This document shows, one piece after another, positions 50,126-63,771 of a DNA stretch of 64,000 bases. Below the pieces are notes generated by a model. That model was not told the origin of the DNA, ran no database searches, and worked only from the letters and a program-made list of their open reading frames with translations. This DNA comes from Octopus bimaculoides (taxonomy: Eukaryota). Location: the NCBI RefSeq assembly GCF_001194135.2, contig NC_069007.1, positions 6,139,132 through 6,203,131 of the forward strand, written 5' to 3'. The position numbers and the translations under genes are program-made. Position 1 is the first letter of the stretch. Every line of letters starts with the position of its first letter.

Positions 50126-50290
50126 GGGTGCATAAGGTATTTAAGGAAATACTTTTTGGGACTGCATTTTTTGCTAACTTTATATAATCTTTGTTTCAGG
50201 AAATGGTAATGGCAGACCCTCAGCTTACTCAAGAAATGAAGAGGCATTCTGTTATTGTGGTTATAAAGGCTGAGCATAGCGATTTAGAAG
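50126..50290 (+). mobile_element. maT-type transposon 5' fragment
   Basis: cagggtgcataagg TIR; MADPQLTQEMKRHSVIVVIKAEHSDLE. Confidence 0.7.
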
Positions 50291-51261
50291 TCCCCACCAC
50301 CCCATCTCTTGACAACTGGTGTTGGTGTGTTTATGTCTCCCATAACTTAGTAGTTCAGCAAAACAGAACAATAGAATAAGCTCTAGGCTTTAAAAAAAGA
50401 ATAAATCCTTGGGTCGATCTGTTTCAACTAAAATACCCTTCAGGGTGCTGCCCCAGCATGGCCACAGTCTAATGACTGAAACAAGTAAAAGATAAAAGAT
50501 AAAAGATTAATGCTTTATACCAGCACAACTCATGATTGAGGGTTTTTTTAATTTTATTTTTCTGTTATTTTTTGTAGTTTTTTAAATATAAAATTGTTAA
50601 GAATCGTTAACATTAATCTAGGATAATGCGTACATTATGTAAACTGTATTTAACATTTCTTGATTATTAATAGTTTGAAGCATAACAGCAACAACAATAC
50701 CAAATTGGTTCTGGCATCTTTGTATTTATTATTTTCTAATTATTTATTTAGTTGTATATTTATTTGTTTATTTACTTTTTAATTCATGTTTTTTGGTTTC
50801 AGAAGCAAAAAAAAAACGTTAGCAGACTTTAGGATAATAACAGTGCTATTATTAAAATATCAACTTTGGTTATGGTTCAGTGACGATCACATAAATCGAT
50901 GATGTAAAATATGACATAAACATGGTTGCAGGAATGGTCGGGCGCTAAACATAAAGAATATTGTTGCAGGAATTATCAAGTGTTTAAGAATATCGTTTGC
51001 AGATATGGACGAGTTGTAAACAAGAAGAACATTGTTGCAAGAATTGTTGGTGGGGGGGGAGTTTGACATTAATAATGTTGTTGCAGGAATTGTCAGACGA
51101 GAATTTTGTAGCAGGAATTTTCAGATCTTTATATTTATTTTTTTTATCTTTTACTTCTTTCAGTCACTTGACTGCGTCCATGCTGGGGCAATGCCTCGAA
51201 GAATTTTGGTCGACTGAATTGATACCATTACTTATGATTTTTTTAACACTGGTACTACACT

Positions 51262-51415
51262 CTCGGAGTGGTTGGCGTTAGGAGGGGCATCCAGCTGTAG
51301 AAACTCTGCCAAATCAGATTGGAGCCTGGTGTAGCCATCTGGTTTCGCCAGTCCTCAGTCAAATCGTCCAACCCATGCTAGCATGGAAAGCGGACGTTAA
51401 ATGATGATGATGATG
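51262..51415 (+). mobile_element. Family B 3' end
   Basis: High-identity copy with (GAT)n tail. Confidence 0.9.
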
Positions 51416-51839
51416 GTACTTATTCCATCAATTACTTTTGCCAAACTGCTAAATTACGGGGATCTAAGCACAGCAAAACCAGTTGTCAAGCAGTGGTGGA
51501 GGGTAAACACAGACACAAAGATACACACACGCACACACTCACACACACACATTCTCATACACATACACACACACACACACATACAGTATTATAAAAGCAT
51601 GAAACTATTAGTAATTTTTTTTTAGTTGTTTATTCAAATTTATATTCATCTCTCACTGGATGGAGTACTTTTTGTTGTTGATTCTATTTCTAATGGACCT
51701 GCAAACTATATACCTCCAAATACGTTGATTTCTACTGCAAATTCAATTTCCACATTCTTTGGCATAGAACCACATAAAGTTGAATGACTCTAAGGATTCT
51801 TCAAAACTTTATACACACTATTACGGATCTATATCCCAT

Positions 51840-52312
51840 GGAATGCTCCATAAAAAATATACCTATACCAACAAATAAAGTATACCTTAGGATGCTTCTA
51901 GAGAAAGTTGAAGAGCTTATGTGATGGATGAGATAGAAAGATTTATTTTTTGATGCAGTCCTAACACCTACTTTTATGGAACGTTATGATTTAAGAACTC
52001 ATAGATATCCACCCAAGGTAAAAGATTTAGTTCCTTTTGAAACAGACCTCCTTGATGTAGTAACCAATATCAGATTTTGTAAGTACTATAACCATTTTCA
52101 AGCTAAACTAAAATCTGATATTAGAAATTTTAGAAGGAGTGGCGCAGGAGTGGCTGTGTGGTAAGTAGCTTGGTTACCAACCACATGGCTCCAGGTTCAG
52201 TCCCACTGCGTGGCACCTTGGGCAAGTGTCTTTTACTATAGCCTCGGGCTGACCAAAGCTTTGTGAGTGGATTTGGCAGACAGAAACTTGATAGAAGCCC
52301 GTCGTATATATG

Positions 52313-52349
<37 letters not shown>

Positions 52350-52840
52350 TTGTGTGTCTGTGTTTGTCCCTTCAACATCGCTTGACAACCGATGTCGGTG
52401 TATTTACGGCCCCGTAACTTAGCAGTTCGGCAAAAGAGACCGATAAAATAAGTAATAGGCTTACAAAGAATAAGTCCTGGGGTCAACTTGCTCAACTAAA
52501 GGTGGTGCTCCAGCATGGCCACAGTCAAATGACTGAAACAAGTAAAAGAGTAAAGAGTAAAAGAGTAAGTTCTGGAAACAAATTTATATTTTCAGATGAG
52601 ATTAATAACCTTTAAGAAGTTAATAATGGTTTATACGATTAAATTGCTACACGATACCATATCTGCTGAATAGAGGAAAACTGATACATTGATATTAACA
52701 ATGAGGCTAAATTCTTCTATAAATGGAGTAAAATTGATGATCGATTAGAATGCTGAGCTAAACGTGAGGCTTTTATTGCTCTTAAAGATCACAAACCCAA
52801 TTTCAGTAATAAGCCTGCAGGTAGACTTTTAAACCTCCAA
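51840..52840 (+). mobile_element. Penelope-like element N-terminal ORF relic interrupted by SINE C
   Basis: SIKNIPIP...LLEKVEELM...YPPKVKDLVPFETDLL...NHFQAKLKSDI; after the SINE: INNEAK...AFIALKDHKPNFSNKPAGRLLN. Confidence 0.8.
52141..52566 (+). mobile_element. Full SINE family C
   Basis: ggcgcaggagtggctgtgtgg head, ccttgggcaag CORE box, (AGAGTA)n tail. Confidence 0.95.
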
Positions 52841-53010
52841 GGGACGAAAGGCAAAGTCAACCTCAGTGGAGTTTGAACTCTGAACACAAAGCATTTTGCC
52901 AAGTGTGCTAACAATTCTGCCAGCTCAATCTCTTTTAAAAGAAAACTGAACGAAATGCTAATAAGCATTTTCGCCCAGAGCTTTATTAACAACAACAACA
53001 ACAACAATAA

Positions 53011-53044
<34 letters not shown>

Positions 53045-53289
53045 GATGATGATGATGATGATTTGAAATTTTGGCACAAGGCTAGCAATTGCAGAGGAAG
53101 GATTAAGTTGGTTACACGGATCTCAGTAATCAACTGGTACTTATATTATAGACTCCGAAAAAATAAAAAGACAAAATCGATCCTGGCAGCATTTGAACTC
53201 AGAACATAAAAGTGGACGAAATGCCACTAAGCATTTTGCTTGGCATGCTAACACTTCCAAAGTGTTCAACTAATACTGAACTCCTCTTA

Positions 53290-53700
53290 TTGATAGCTTT
53301 TTAAAAATTCCTAGATTTCTTAAGAAAAACATATCTTTTAGCTTCATGACTGCTTAATCATTCTCAAACTAAATATCTAACATCATTAACCAAAAGGTAA
53401 CTTTATATTTAGCTTGTTTTGTTATGCTCTTTATTGTACCCCCAGATACCCTCATTATTTCTTGGACCTTAAGTCAGAGGTACAGTTCATCAAGTACATT
53501 AACTTCCTTCTAGAATTTTACTTTATAAAAACGCCTGCCAATTAAACATAGTTCTGGTATTAATACTAAATTATTTTAGCTTAATAATTGAATTTTGAAT
53601 ATATTTCAAGCCTTCAGCAATGAAACTCTGGATAATTAATATTTTAAATTGCACCGCCTCAGGAAATGTATTTAAGGAAAGGCTTTCTTTTCCTGACAAT
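53290..53700 (+). pseudogene. Possible decayed LRR N-terminal fragment
   Basis: FLKIPRFLKKNISFSF...ISNI; YLTSLTK. Confidence 0.25.
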
Positions 53701-53895
53701 TAATTTTTCCTCTTTTACATATATAATATCAAATATAGACTAATCATATACATGTGTGTGTGTGTGTGTGTGTATGTATGTGTATGTATGTATAAATATG
53801 TGCATAGATGTTTTAATATAAGAGATATATTGATACATATATGGATACACACACACATGCACATACATACATATGTATGTATATGTGTGTGTATC

Positions 53896-53960
<65 letters not shown>

Positions 53961-53984
53961 CAGACAAACAGACAGACTGACAGG

Positions 53985-54027
<43 letters not shown>

Positions 54028-54065
54028 ATAGATATATAGATATATAGACAGATAGATAGATAAAT

Positions 54066-54102
<37 letters not shown>

Positions 54103-54679
54103 ACTTCTATCAACAAAAACAAAATGTTTATTTTGTTGGTGCAGATATGTCTGTACGGTGATAAAGTTTGTTTCCCAATCACATGGTCCTAGGTTCAGAC
54201 CCATTGTGTGGCACCAAGGACAAGTGTCTTCTAACACACCCTTGTCTCATGAGTGGATTTGGCAGGCAGGAACTGAACGAAGCCTGCAGTATGCATGTGT
54301 GCATGCGTGTCACCGTGTCTTGACATTGTGTGAGGCTTGTAAGCGAGTCTCACCATCCTGCAAGCAGGGTCATTCATCTCTAGTCTTCTGTGAAAGCAAG
54401 TATGGTGGAAATGAAACATTATATTATTCGCTAACAGGAGGGAATTGGCAACAGGAAGGGATCTGCATCAATGATTTCCTTCCAACTCATGCAGGCATAA
54501 GAAAATGTATGTTAAAAGGATGAGCGTAAGGATGACAACGATGATGACAATGATGGTGGGGGGTGATGACAATGGTGGTGGTGGTGGTGGTGATGGTGGT
54601 GGTGGTGGTGATGGTGGTGGCGGTGGCAGTGGTGGTGGTGGCCACCAAACAACCTGCTTGTGTCACCACTTAATGGCAG

Positions 54680-54960
54680 TGTTCGATTTATTGATATAGA
54701 TGTTGTAGTCCCTTCTGATCAAAATATTGTCAAAAAAAAAGTGGAGAAATTGTTGAATTACAGAGACCTCGAAATTGAAGTATTCAAAATGTGGAGCATG
54801 AAGGTAAAAATAATAACAATAATAATTGGAGCACTGGGCATGATTTAAAAAATCATATGAACAAAAATCTAGAAGTTATAGCTGGATCTTCAACACTTGA
54901 CCCTGTCCAAAAAATATCCATGCTAGGAACAGCCCACATCATACGCAAGATCCAGTAATA
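54680..54960 (+). mobile_element. R4/Dong-like LINE restriction-like endonuclease tail
   Basis: IDVVVPSDQNI...EKLLNYRDLEIEVFKMW...IIIGALGMI...QKISMLGTAHIIRK. Confidence 0.85.
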
Positions 54961-55384
54961 TAACCTAAACAAAACAATCCACAAACACAAGACGCACTCT
55001 ATACAGCATTTAGTCAGTGAAATAAACCCCACCAGCAAGCTAGAAAACCAATGCATTACACACTCAACACAATACAAGCAGTAACAGAACAAAAGACAGT
55101 ATCCACACCTCAAGGAAAAAAAGCTAACACCATACAGTACCGGGAAGAGTTTGCACACTCCCAACAGCAGAAAAGGACACTCAATGCTGAATATACCCCA
55201 GCAACATGGAGGTGTAGCAGATGATGCAGTAGAAATTTGCCTCAATCTACTAAATATTGAACAGTTTATCATCATCATCATCATTTAACATCCATTTTCC
55301 ATGCTGGAAAGAAGTCAATGAGAGCTCTACCAAAGAGGAACATATCGGTCCTCATGCCTTTCAGCTTTGTCCACCATAGTCACC

Positions 55385-56527
55385 AGTTGACCTCAGTGGA
55401 ATTTGAACTCAGAACATAGCGATGGGCAAAATACTGCCAAGTATTTTGTCCAGCATGCTCACGATTCTGCCAGCTTGCTCCACCCCAAAAGGATGAAAGG
55501 CAAAGTTGACCTCAACAGAATTAGAATCCAGAATGCAGTGGCTGACGATATAATACATTTTGCCCAGTGTGCTAACAATTCTTTCACCATAGTCACCAGG
55601 CAAAGGAAAACTGCCTTGCTTGCCAGATTGAAGGAGGGCGGTGGGGCAATCATTACTACAGATTTTGCTGACAGACAGATCTGTCCCACATGTGACAGCG
55701 GGTGTTCGACATAACTCCACAAATTAACAATGCCCAGACCCTAAACGAGTGCATGCAGAACAGTTTCATCACTTTGCACGCACCTCAGACAATCCCGTCT
55801 GACAGCACATCCATGCCTGTAGAGTTTATCTCAAACTGGTAGCACTCCACCCCAGTAGCACTGCCAGGCCAAGGACATCTGGAAATTATCTATGATAATT
55901 CCCAACTAGAAAGTCCTCTGGAACAGACTAACCTGTTTTTTTCCACTAGTGCCCAGTCTCCCAAAGAACACCATTGCACATCCCCACCACTAATCCTTCT
56001 ACTAAAGGTGCAAGGGCTCAAATTTGAGGGGAGGGGGACTAGTCGATTACATCGACCCCAGTGTTTCACTGGTACTTAATTTATCGACCTGAAAAGATGA
56101 AAGGTAAAGTCAACCTCGGTGGAATTTGAACCCACAGCCTAGCAACAAGCAAAATACTACAAAGCATTTCATCTGGCATACTAACAACTCTGCCTTAATA
56201 ATAATGATAATAATCATAATGATAATAATAATAATATTAATACTAATATTAATAATCAGGATATTAATAATATTCTATCAACAGCTTATTTCAATAATAA
56301 TTTCGCTCTAATTGGCAATTATTTATAGATTCCTGAAGTGATATTTCAGAACGAATGATAACATGTCATTTGTATGAACATGTATTGTATATTCTTATTC
56401 TTACAGATTCTGATATAATCAAAATTTATGAGGTTATGTCACATAAAAATACCTTGTTATTTCACTTGTTATATCATTTCTTGTTTACTGAATCACTGTT
56501 GTTGTTCTTCTTCTACTTCTTTTTTTT

Positions 56528-56568
<41 letters not shown>

Positions 56569-56812
56569 TATTATTGTTATTATTATTGATATTATTCAAG
56601 TTTGCAAGCTGGGAGAATTGTTAGCACACTGGGCAAAATGTATTATATCGTCAGCCACTGCATTCGGGATTCTAATTCTGTTGAGGTCAACTTTGCCTTT
56701 CATCCTTTTGGGGTGGAGCAAGCTGGCAGAATCGTGAGCATGCTGGACAAAATACTTAGCAGTATTTTGCCCATCGCTATGTTCTGAGTTCAAATTCCAC
56801 TGAGGTCAACTT
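55385..56812. repeat. Inverted duplication of a ~197-bp SINE-D dimer (55385-55581 / 56615-56812)
   Basis: Only 2 mismatches seen, while both copies share the same departures from other D copies. Confidence 0.9.
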
Positions 56813-57078
56813 TGCATTTCTTATGCAGAGCCAGAAATCTGGAATCCGAAATTATCCAGTAATTTGTTTTTGCTAGTTTATTTTGTCTCTTTGTCTTCTC
56901 TCCTGGTGCTGTGTGAACATTTAATGTGGTTTTAGAGTCAAGGTTTGGCTGCTATTTCCAGCATGGTGGTATCTCTTAGATACCCTAAATTATAATTTTT
57001 ATAATAATTAATACCTTTGAGGTTTTTATTCCCATGCTGGCTACATGATAAGATCGGTATTTTAAATAACGATCTAAT

Positions 57079-57109
<31 letters not shown>

Positions 57110-57311
57110 CTCTTTTACTCGTTTCAGTCATTTGACTGCGGCCATGCTGGAGCACCGCCTTTAGTTGAGAAAATCGACCCCAGGACATATTCTTTGTAAG
57201 CCTAGAACTTATTCTATTGCTCTCTTTTTGCTGAACCGCTAAGTTACAGGGACGTAAACACACCAGCATCAGTTGTCAAGCGATGGTGCGGTGACAAACA
57301 CAGACACACAA

Positions 57312-57342
<31 letters not shown>

Positions 57343-57394
57343 CATATATANNNNNNNNNNAAGCGATGGTGCGGTGACAAACACAGACACACAA

Positions 57395-57425
<31 letters not shown>

Positions 57426-57570
57426 CATATATACGACGGGCTTCTTTCAGTTTCCGTCTACCAAATCCACTCACAAGGCTTTGGTCGTGTCCAAGGTGCC
57501 AACAGTGGGACTGAACCCGGAATCATGTGGCTGGTAAGCAAGCTGCTTACCACACAGCCACTCCTGCGCC
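57110..57570 (-). mobile_element. SINE family C with gap-flanking duplication
   Basis: 57279-57350 is repeated after the 10-N gap. Confidence 0.9.
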
Positions 57571-57694
57571 TATAAATATATATATATATTTATATATTTG
57601 ACAGGAAGGACAACAAAAGAAAGAAAAAGACCTCGATATTATGCAAATAGAGGAATTTATCTGTAAAAATATGTGACACTTATTCAGTAGCTGT

Positions 57695-57755
57695 GATAAA
57701 ACTCTGAGTTTCGGATGCCGGGGTTGGAGCCCACGCCAACATCTCTTCAGTTATC
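57695..57755 (-). ncRNA. Type-I hammerhead ribozyme motif
   Basis: gataa CTGAAGA gatgttgg...ccggcatc c GAAA ctc-a-gag TT ttatc; GUU triplet. Confidence 0.7.
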
Positions 57756-58003
57756 CGGCCAATTGAAAAATTCCTGTGAAAAATGACCGTTAAAAACAGG
57801 GAAATTACTGTGTAGTGACAAAATGCGTCTAAAACTGCTTGTGAGTGTGCGCATGGATGCGTGCATATGTAGATATAGGCATGCGTATATGGATATATGC
57901 GTGCATGCGATAATATACGCAGTTTTAGACACGTTTTGTTACTATACAGTAATTTCCCTTTGTTTTTAACGGACATTTTGCACAGGAATTTTCAATTGGC
58001 CGG

Positions 58004-58064
58004 ATAACTGAAGAGATGTTGGCATGGGCTCCCACCCTGGCATCCGAAACTTGTAGTTTTATCA
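58004..58064 (+). ncRNA. Type-I hammerhead ribozyme motif
   Basis: gataa CTGAAGA gatgttgg...ctggcatc c GAAA ct-tgt-ag TT ttatc. Confidence 0.7.
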
Positions 58065-58336
58065 TGGCTACTGAATAATTGTCATATNNNNNNNNNNNNN
58101 NNNNNNNNNNNNNNNNNNNNNNNNNNNNNNNNNNNNNNNNNNNNNNNNNNNNNNNNNNNNNNNNNNNNNNNNNNNNNNNNNNNNNNNNNNNNNNNNNNNN
58201 NNNNNNNNNNNNNNNNNNNNNNNNNNNNNNNNNNNNNNNNNNNNNNNNNNNNNNNNNNNNNNNNNNNNNNNNNNNNNNNNNNNNNNNNNNNNNNNNNNNN
58301 NNNNNNNNNNNNNNNNNNNNNNNNNNNNNNNNNNNN

Positions 58337-58408
<72 letters not shown>

Positions 58409-58409
<1 letters not shown>

Positions 58410-58627
58410 GAGGAAGTGCTGAAAAGTTTCTGGCTTTAAGGGTATCATGAAAGGCCTGGCTGGAGGCCATACTTTCCGAGTTCGTTCACAGGGCTTAGAA
58501 AAACTGAAGGACCACTGCAATAAGTGTGTGAATCCGAGAGTGGAATATGTCGAATAAAATCATAATTAACTGATCCTCCTTTACCTTCTTTTATCCAAAG
58601 CCAAGAACTTTTCAGCACCCACTTGTA
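58409..58627. mobile_element. Mariner-derived MITE with both TIRs
   Basis: gaggaagtgctgaaaagtttctggcttt / aaagccaagaacttttcagcacccacttg with TA flanks; carries GLEKLKDHCNKCVN mariner tail. Confidence 0.85.
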
Positions 58628-59372
58628 TATATGTATATTAATATGCCTATATGTACGTATATACGTATATATATGTATATGTATAAAAATATGTATGTAT
58701 ATAAATATGTCTATATATATGTGTGTGTATGTTTGTAGACACTCAGACAGTAATAGAAACCATACACTAATACCTACAAAAACAAGCTCACACAAGCACA
58801 CACACATATATACGTACACATACACACATACATGCACACATACACACACATATACATATGGGATATACTTTATGCATAAACAATGAAATGATAGCCACAT
58901 ATGGACGCATACTCAAGCACATACATACACACACCCTTTCTTTCTATTTACCTTTCCTTCACATACACACGTACACTAACAATAGAACACAACACACAAA
59001 TCACACTTCTGCTAATATAGAAAACTCTTTAAACTCTCAGACCAAAAAATTCCCAAGTGTTTAGCATTGTATTCGGAATAAGACCAAAACCAAAAAAAAA
59101 AAAGAAAAAAACAGAAAGAGAATGAAGTCAGCTACCCATCAAATAAACAAAAATAAGAAAAACAAGAATAGGATGTAAACAAGAAAAATCTTTAATGCAA
59201 GCAAACAGAAGGAATTAAAAAACATTTGAAGTAGTAACCGACCTTTTCAGAATCTCGTTCTGACAAAAGGGCACTTTATATCTGTTTTGGTTGACCAATC
59301 AATGATTTGATATCGGAATTCTTAAAAATGAAGAGCTGACATTCCTGAAGATGAAGACTTTGTGATAATGAG

Positions 59373-59408
<36 letters not shown>

Positions 59409-59548
59409 CATACACATATGCACACACACACACACACACATTTACATGTTTATATACTCTCAGCTGAATAGTATCTGTCTGGTTGCTATGACAAATGCTA
59501 TATATAATATGTATGCATGTGTGTGTATACACACACACATATATACAC

Positions 59549-59616
<68 letters not shown>

Positions 59617-59640
59617 GTATTATGTATGCCTCTCTCTCTC

Positions 59641-59707
<67 letters not shown>

Positions 59708-59905
59708 ATATGTATGTGTATATATATATATATATACATACATATATATATATATACACATACGTATTTACACACACATGCACACATACATATATAAAAA
59801 TACACACACACACACACACACACATACGTATATGCTGCCGCAAAAAGTTTAGGAAGTATTTCATGAAAGAAATATATCCATCTCAGATAATAACAATGAA
59901 GTTAT

Positions 59906-59936
<31 letters not shown>

Positions 59937-60764
59937 ATTAAAAGTTATGAATGTATGCAACAACTATTTACATAACAACAACAACAAACAACATCAAGGC
60001 TATTTGTTTGTGACTCTCTGTTTTGCCTTTTATGGGTTTGTTTGTTTTTTTATGTTCCGTGATATCATTGTGGTCTTTACAAAGATAAAAATGAAACAAA
60101 GGTATCACCTCTTCTGCAAAAATTTAACATAAAGCTAGTTACTCACTAAAAAAATTAAGAAATCATTGTGTTTTTATTATGTGTTTTGTACAACATTTTT
60201 TCTACAGTTGTTTCGTTGAGATCAATGATTTGGCCATAATAATTCTAAGTGGCAGTATAAACACAAGGTTACAGATTTTGAGAGGAGAAGGAGAGATAGT
60301 GCTTAATTGATTAAAATGAATCTTGAATTTGAATTATATTTTATCCTTATCAACCGCCAAGAGGATGACCCCCAATGGAATTTGAACTCAGAATATAGAT
60401 AAAATAAATATAAACGTTTCCCTAATCATAATGTTTTTTCTACAGTTGTTCAATTGTGGTTAATGACTTGGTCAAGTTAATAACGACTGTAGATTATCAT
60501 AGTCCAACCTGCATGGATGATTTGTTTATGGTTATGAAATATTCATGCTGTTCATTAGCTCAGTTCCTCCATCAAGTCAACGTTGCTTGTACAGGTACAT
60601 ATATCAGGTGTCAAAACGATGACAGAGTAAGGTGAAGAGTTTTTCTCAAGAACACAACACACCACATGGTCCAGGAATTGAAACCGCAATCTTACAGTCA
60701 TGAATGCAATGCTGTAACCTAACCACTAGGCTATGCAGCCTCACCATATTAATAATCTCATCAT

Positions 60765-61160
60765 CATCATCATCGTTTAACGTCCGCTTTCCATGCTAGC
60801 ATGGGTTGGACGATTTGACTGAGGACTGGTGAACCAGGTGGTTACACAAGGCTCCAATCTGATTTGGCAGAGTTTCTACAGCTGGATGCCCTTCCTAACG
60901 CCAACCACTCCGAGAGTGTAGTGGGTGCTTTTACATGCCACCGGCACAAAGGCCAGTCAGGCAGTACTGGCAACGGCCATGCTCAAAATGGTGTATTTTA
61001 TGTGCCACCCACACAAGAGCCAGTCCAGCGGCACTGGCAACGATCTCGCTTGAAAGTCCTTACGCATGCCCTGGGCACAAGTGCCAGAAAGGCGATGCTG
61101 GGCACAGGTGCCATCACGATTTCGCTTTCACTTGCCCCAACAGGTCTTCACAAGCCGAGT
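60765..61160 (-). mobile_element. Family B copy
   Basis: Close match to 2768-3118. Confidence 0.9.
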
Positions 61161-62140
61161 TATAAAAACTAGGTTATAGATTCATTGAAGAGAAGAAGGA
61201 ATTAGTTGATGAAAGTGAGTCTGGCATTTTAATTGTACTTTCTTTCATCAACGACAGGAGAATGAAAATCAAATTTGAACTCAGTGTAGTTTTGACTCAG
61301 AAATAAATACAAACGTTTCTATAATAATAATTCTTTTTTGCAGTTGTTTCATTGGGGTTAAGGATTTGCTCATAATAATAATAACAGTAATCCTTTCTAC
61401 TATAGGCACAAGGCCTGAAATTTGGGGAAATGCATGTATGTATATTAAATATGTACCATATATATATAAATATATAGAGAGAGAGAAAGAAGGAGAGAGA
61501 AAGAGATATATATGTGCGTATGTGTGTGTATATATATATAGGTAGATAGATAGGTAGATCGATAGATAGGTGGATAGATAGATAGATAGATTGATAGATA
61601 CATGCATACATACATACATTACATACATATATACATACACACATAGGTGGATAGATAGATATATAGAGACACGGACTGATGTAAATGTAAATATATATAT
61701 ATACACATACATACATGCATACATATATCCACACACACAGACACACAGTCACTGACTGACAGTTTTATATTTTTTAACACATTTTTATGACCAGTCATAT
61801 ATTTTTCTTGCAAATTGTTTGGCTTCAGATATTTCTCCAGGATAATGCCTCCCTCACTGTTTTATTGATATCATTATTATTGTTGTTATTTTTATTATCA
61901 TTGTTGTTGTTGTTGTTATTTACTTCTTTTTCAACTATTGATTTTTCTTTTATTCTGTCATTTCTTCTTCTTCTTCTATTTCTTCTTCTTCTTCTATTTC
62001 TTTTTCTTCTTCTTCCTTCTCTTTCTTACCTTCTTTTTTATTGTCTTTTTTCTCCCCCATCCTTGCCTCCATTTATTTATTCCTTTATCTATATGTACAT
62101 GCATATGTATATGTATATGTGTGTGTATATATATATATAT

Positions 62141-62171
<31 letters not shown>

Positions 62172-62785
62172 CACACACACACTCACTTTATATATATATT
62201 ATTTTCTCTTGGCATGCTTTATATTTACTTTAAAACTTGGAACAATTTACCCAACATGCTCCTCCTTTATTTCCAATAAACTATTGGCNNNNNNNNNNNN
62301 NNNNNNNNNNNNNNNNNNNNNNNNNNNNNNNNNNNNNNNNNNNNNNNNNNNNNNNNNNNNNNNNNNNNNNNNNNNNNNNNNNNNNNNNNNNNNNNNNNNN
62401 NNNNNNNNNNNNNNNNNNNNNNNNNNNNNNNNNNNNNNNNNNNNNNNNNNNNNNNNNNNNNNNNNNNNNNNNNNNNNNNNNNNNNNNNNNNNNNNNNNNN
62501 NNNNNNNNNNNNNNNNNNNNNNNNNNNNNNNNNNNNNNNNNNNNNNNNNNNNNNNNNNNNNNNNNNNNNNNNNNNNNNNNNNNNNNNNNNNNNNNNNNNN
62601 NNNNNNNNNNNNNNNNNNNNNNNNNNNNNNNNNNNNNNNNNNNNNNNNNNNNNNNNNNNNNNNNNNNNNNNNNNNNNNNNNNNNNNNNNNNNNNNNNNNN
62701 NNNNNNNNNNNNNNNNNNNNNNNNNNNNNNNNNNNNNNNNNNNNNNNNNNNNNNNNNNNNNNNNNNNNNNNNNNNNNNNNNNNNN

Positions 62786-62826
<41 letters not shown>

Positions 62827-62829
62827 TAT

Positions 62830-62885
<56 letters not shown>

Positions 62886-62989
62886 GCATGCATGTATGTA
62901 TGTTTGTATAACTGGCTCTCTGTCAGTTATGACACTAAGGGTTGCAGTTGAGTTGATCAAGGGAATGACTTCTTTGTGAAATTAACATG

Positions 62990-63480
62990 CAACTGGTTGA
63001 GTACTTCACAGACATGGTAAAAAACAGGTAAAGTTACCGTCTCGTGGCATACCAACTTATAAAGGCTGGCTTCTATGATGTATATATTCCCCACCTGGAC
63101 AGGACACTGGTCAGCCGCAGGATGACTCACTTTTGCCAGCTTAGTGAACTGGAACAACTTGAAATGTTTTGTTCAAGAATGCAATGTGTTGCCTTGATCA
63201 GGTATTGAAACCACAATCTTACAATCATGAGTCCTACACCCTAACATGCCTCCACAAAGGTAAAGAGTCATACTGACTCATAAGGGCTGGTTTCCCGGTT
63301 TCCATGGCATAAATATTCCCCACCTGGATGGGATGCCAGTCCACCACAGGATTACTCATTTTTGCCAGCTGAGTGGACTGGAGCCATGTGAAATGAAGTG
63401 CTTTGCTCAAGAACAATGCACTGCTCTCTCCAGGAATCGAAACCCTGATCATGCAATTGTAAGTGCAACATCTTAACCAA
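62990..63480 (-). mobile_element. Two tandem family E SINEs
   Basis: attccccacctgga...tttgccagct...tcaagaa units at 63085 and 63315. Confidence 0.8.
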
Positions 63481-63732
63481 TTTGTATGTGTATATCTGTA
63501 TTTGTCTGAGTAAAACAAAACAGGTAAAGTTCCTTCCTGAGTCATGTAGACTCATAAGGGTCAGATGTTAAAATGGAACTGCACTCTTCAAAACTTGCCC
63601 TAAGAATAAGGACAAGGTATAATTACTACCTGCTTTTATAGCAAGTTGATGCAGGTAGTTTATCCTGTCCCCCTCTGACTTTTAGTTCATGCAATTGAAA
63701 AAACTGCATTATTTATGGGATAGCCCAATGTT

Positions 63733-63771
<39 letters not shown>

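Larger units (their letters stand above)
57671..58087. repeat. Inverted PLE-like terminal repeats, ~168-bp arms, 80-bp spacer
   Basis: 57671-57838 vs 57919-58087, roughly 88% identical by eye. Confidence 0.9.

Noticed and set aside
59446-60132. 228-aa ORF and neighbours
   Set aside because: (CA)n/(TA)n microsatellite translation
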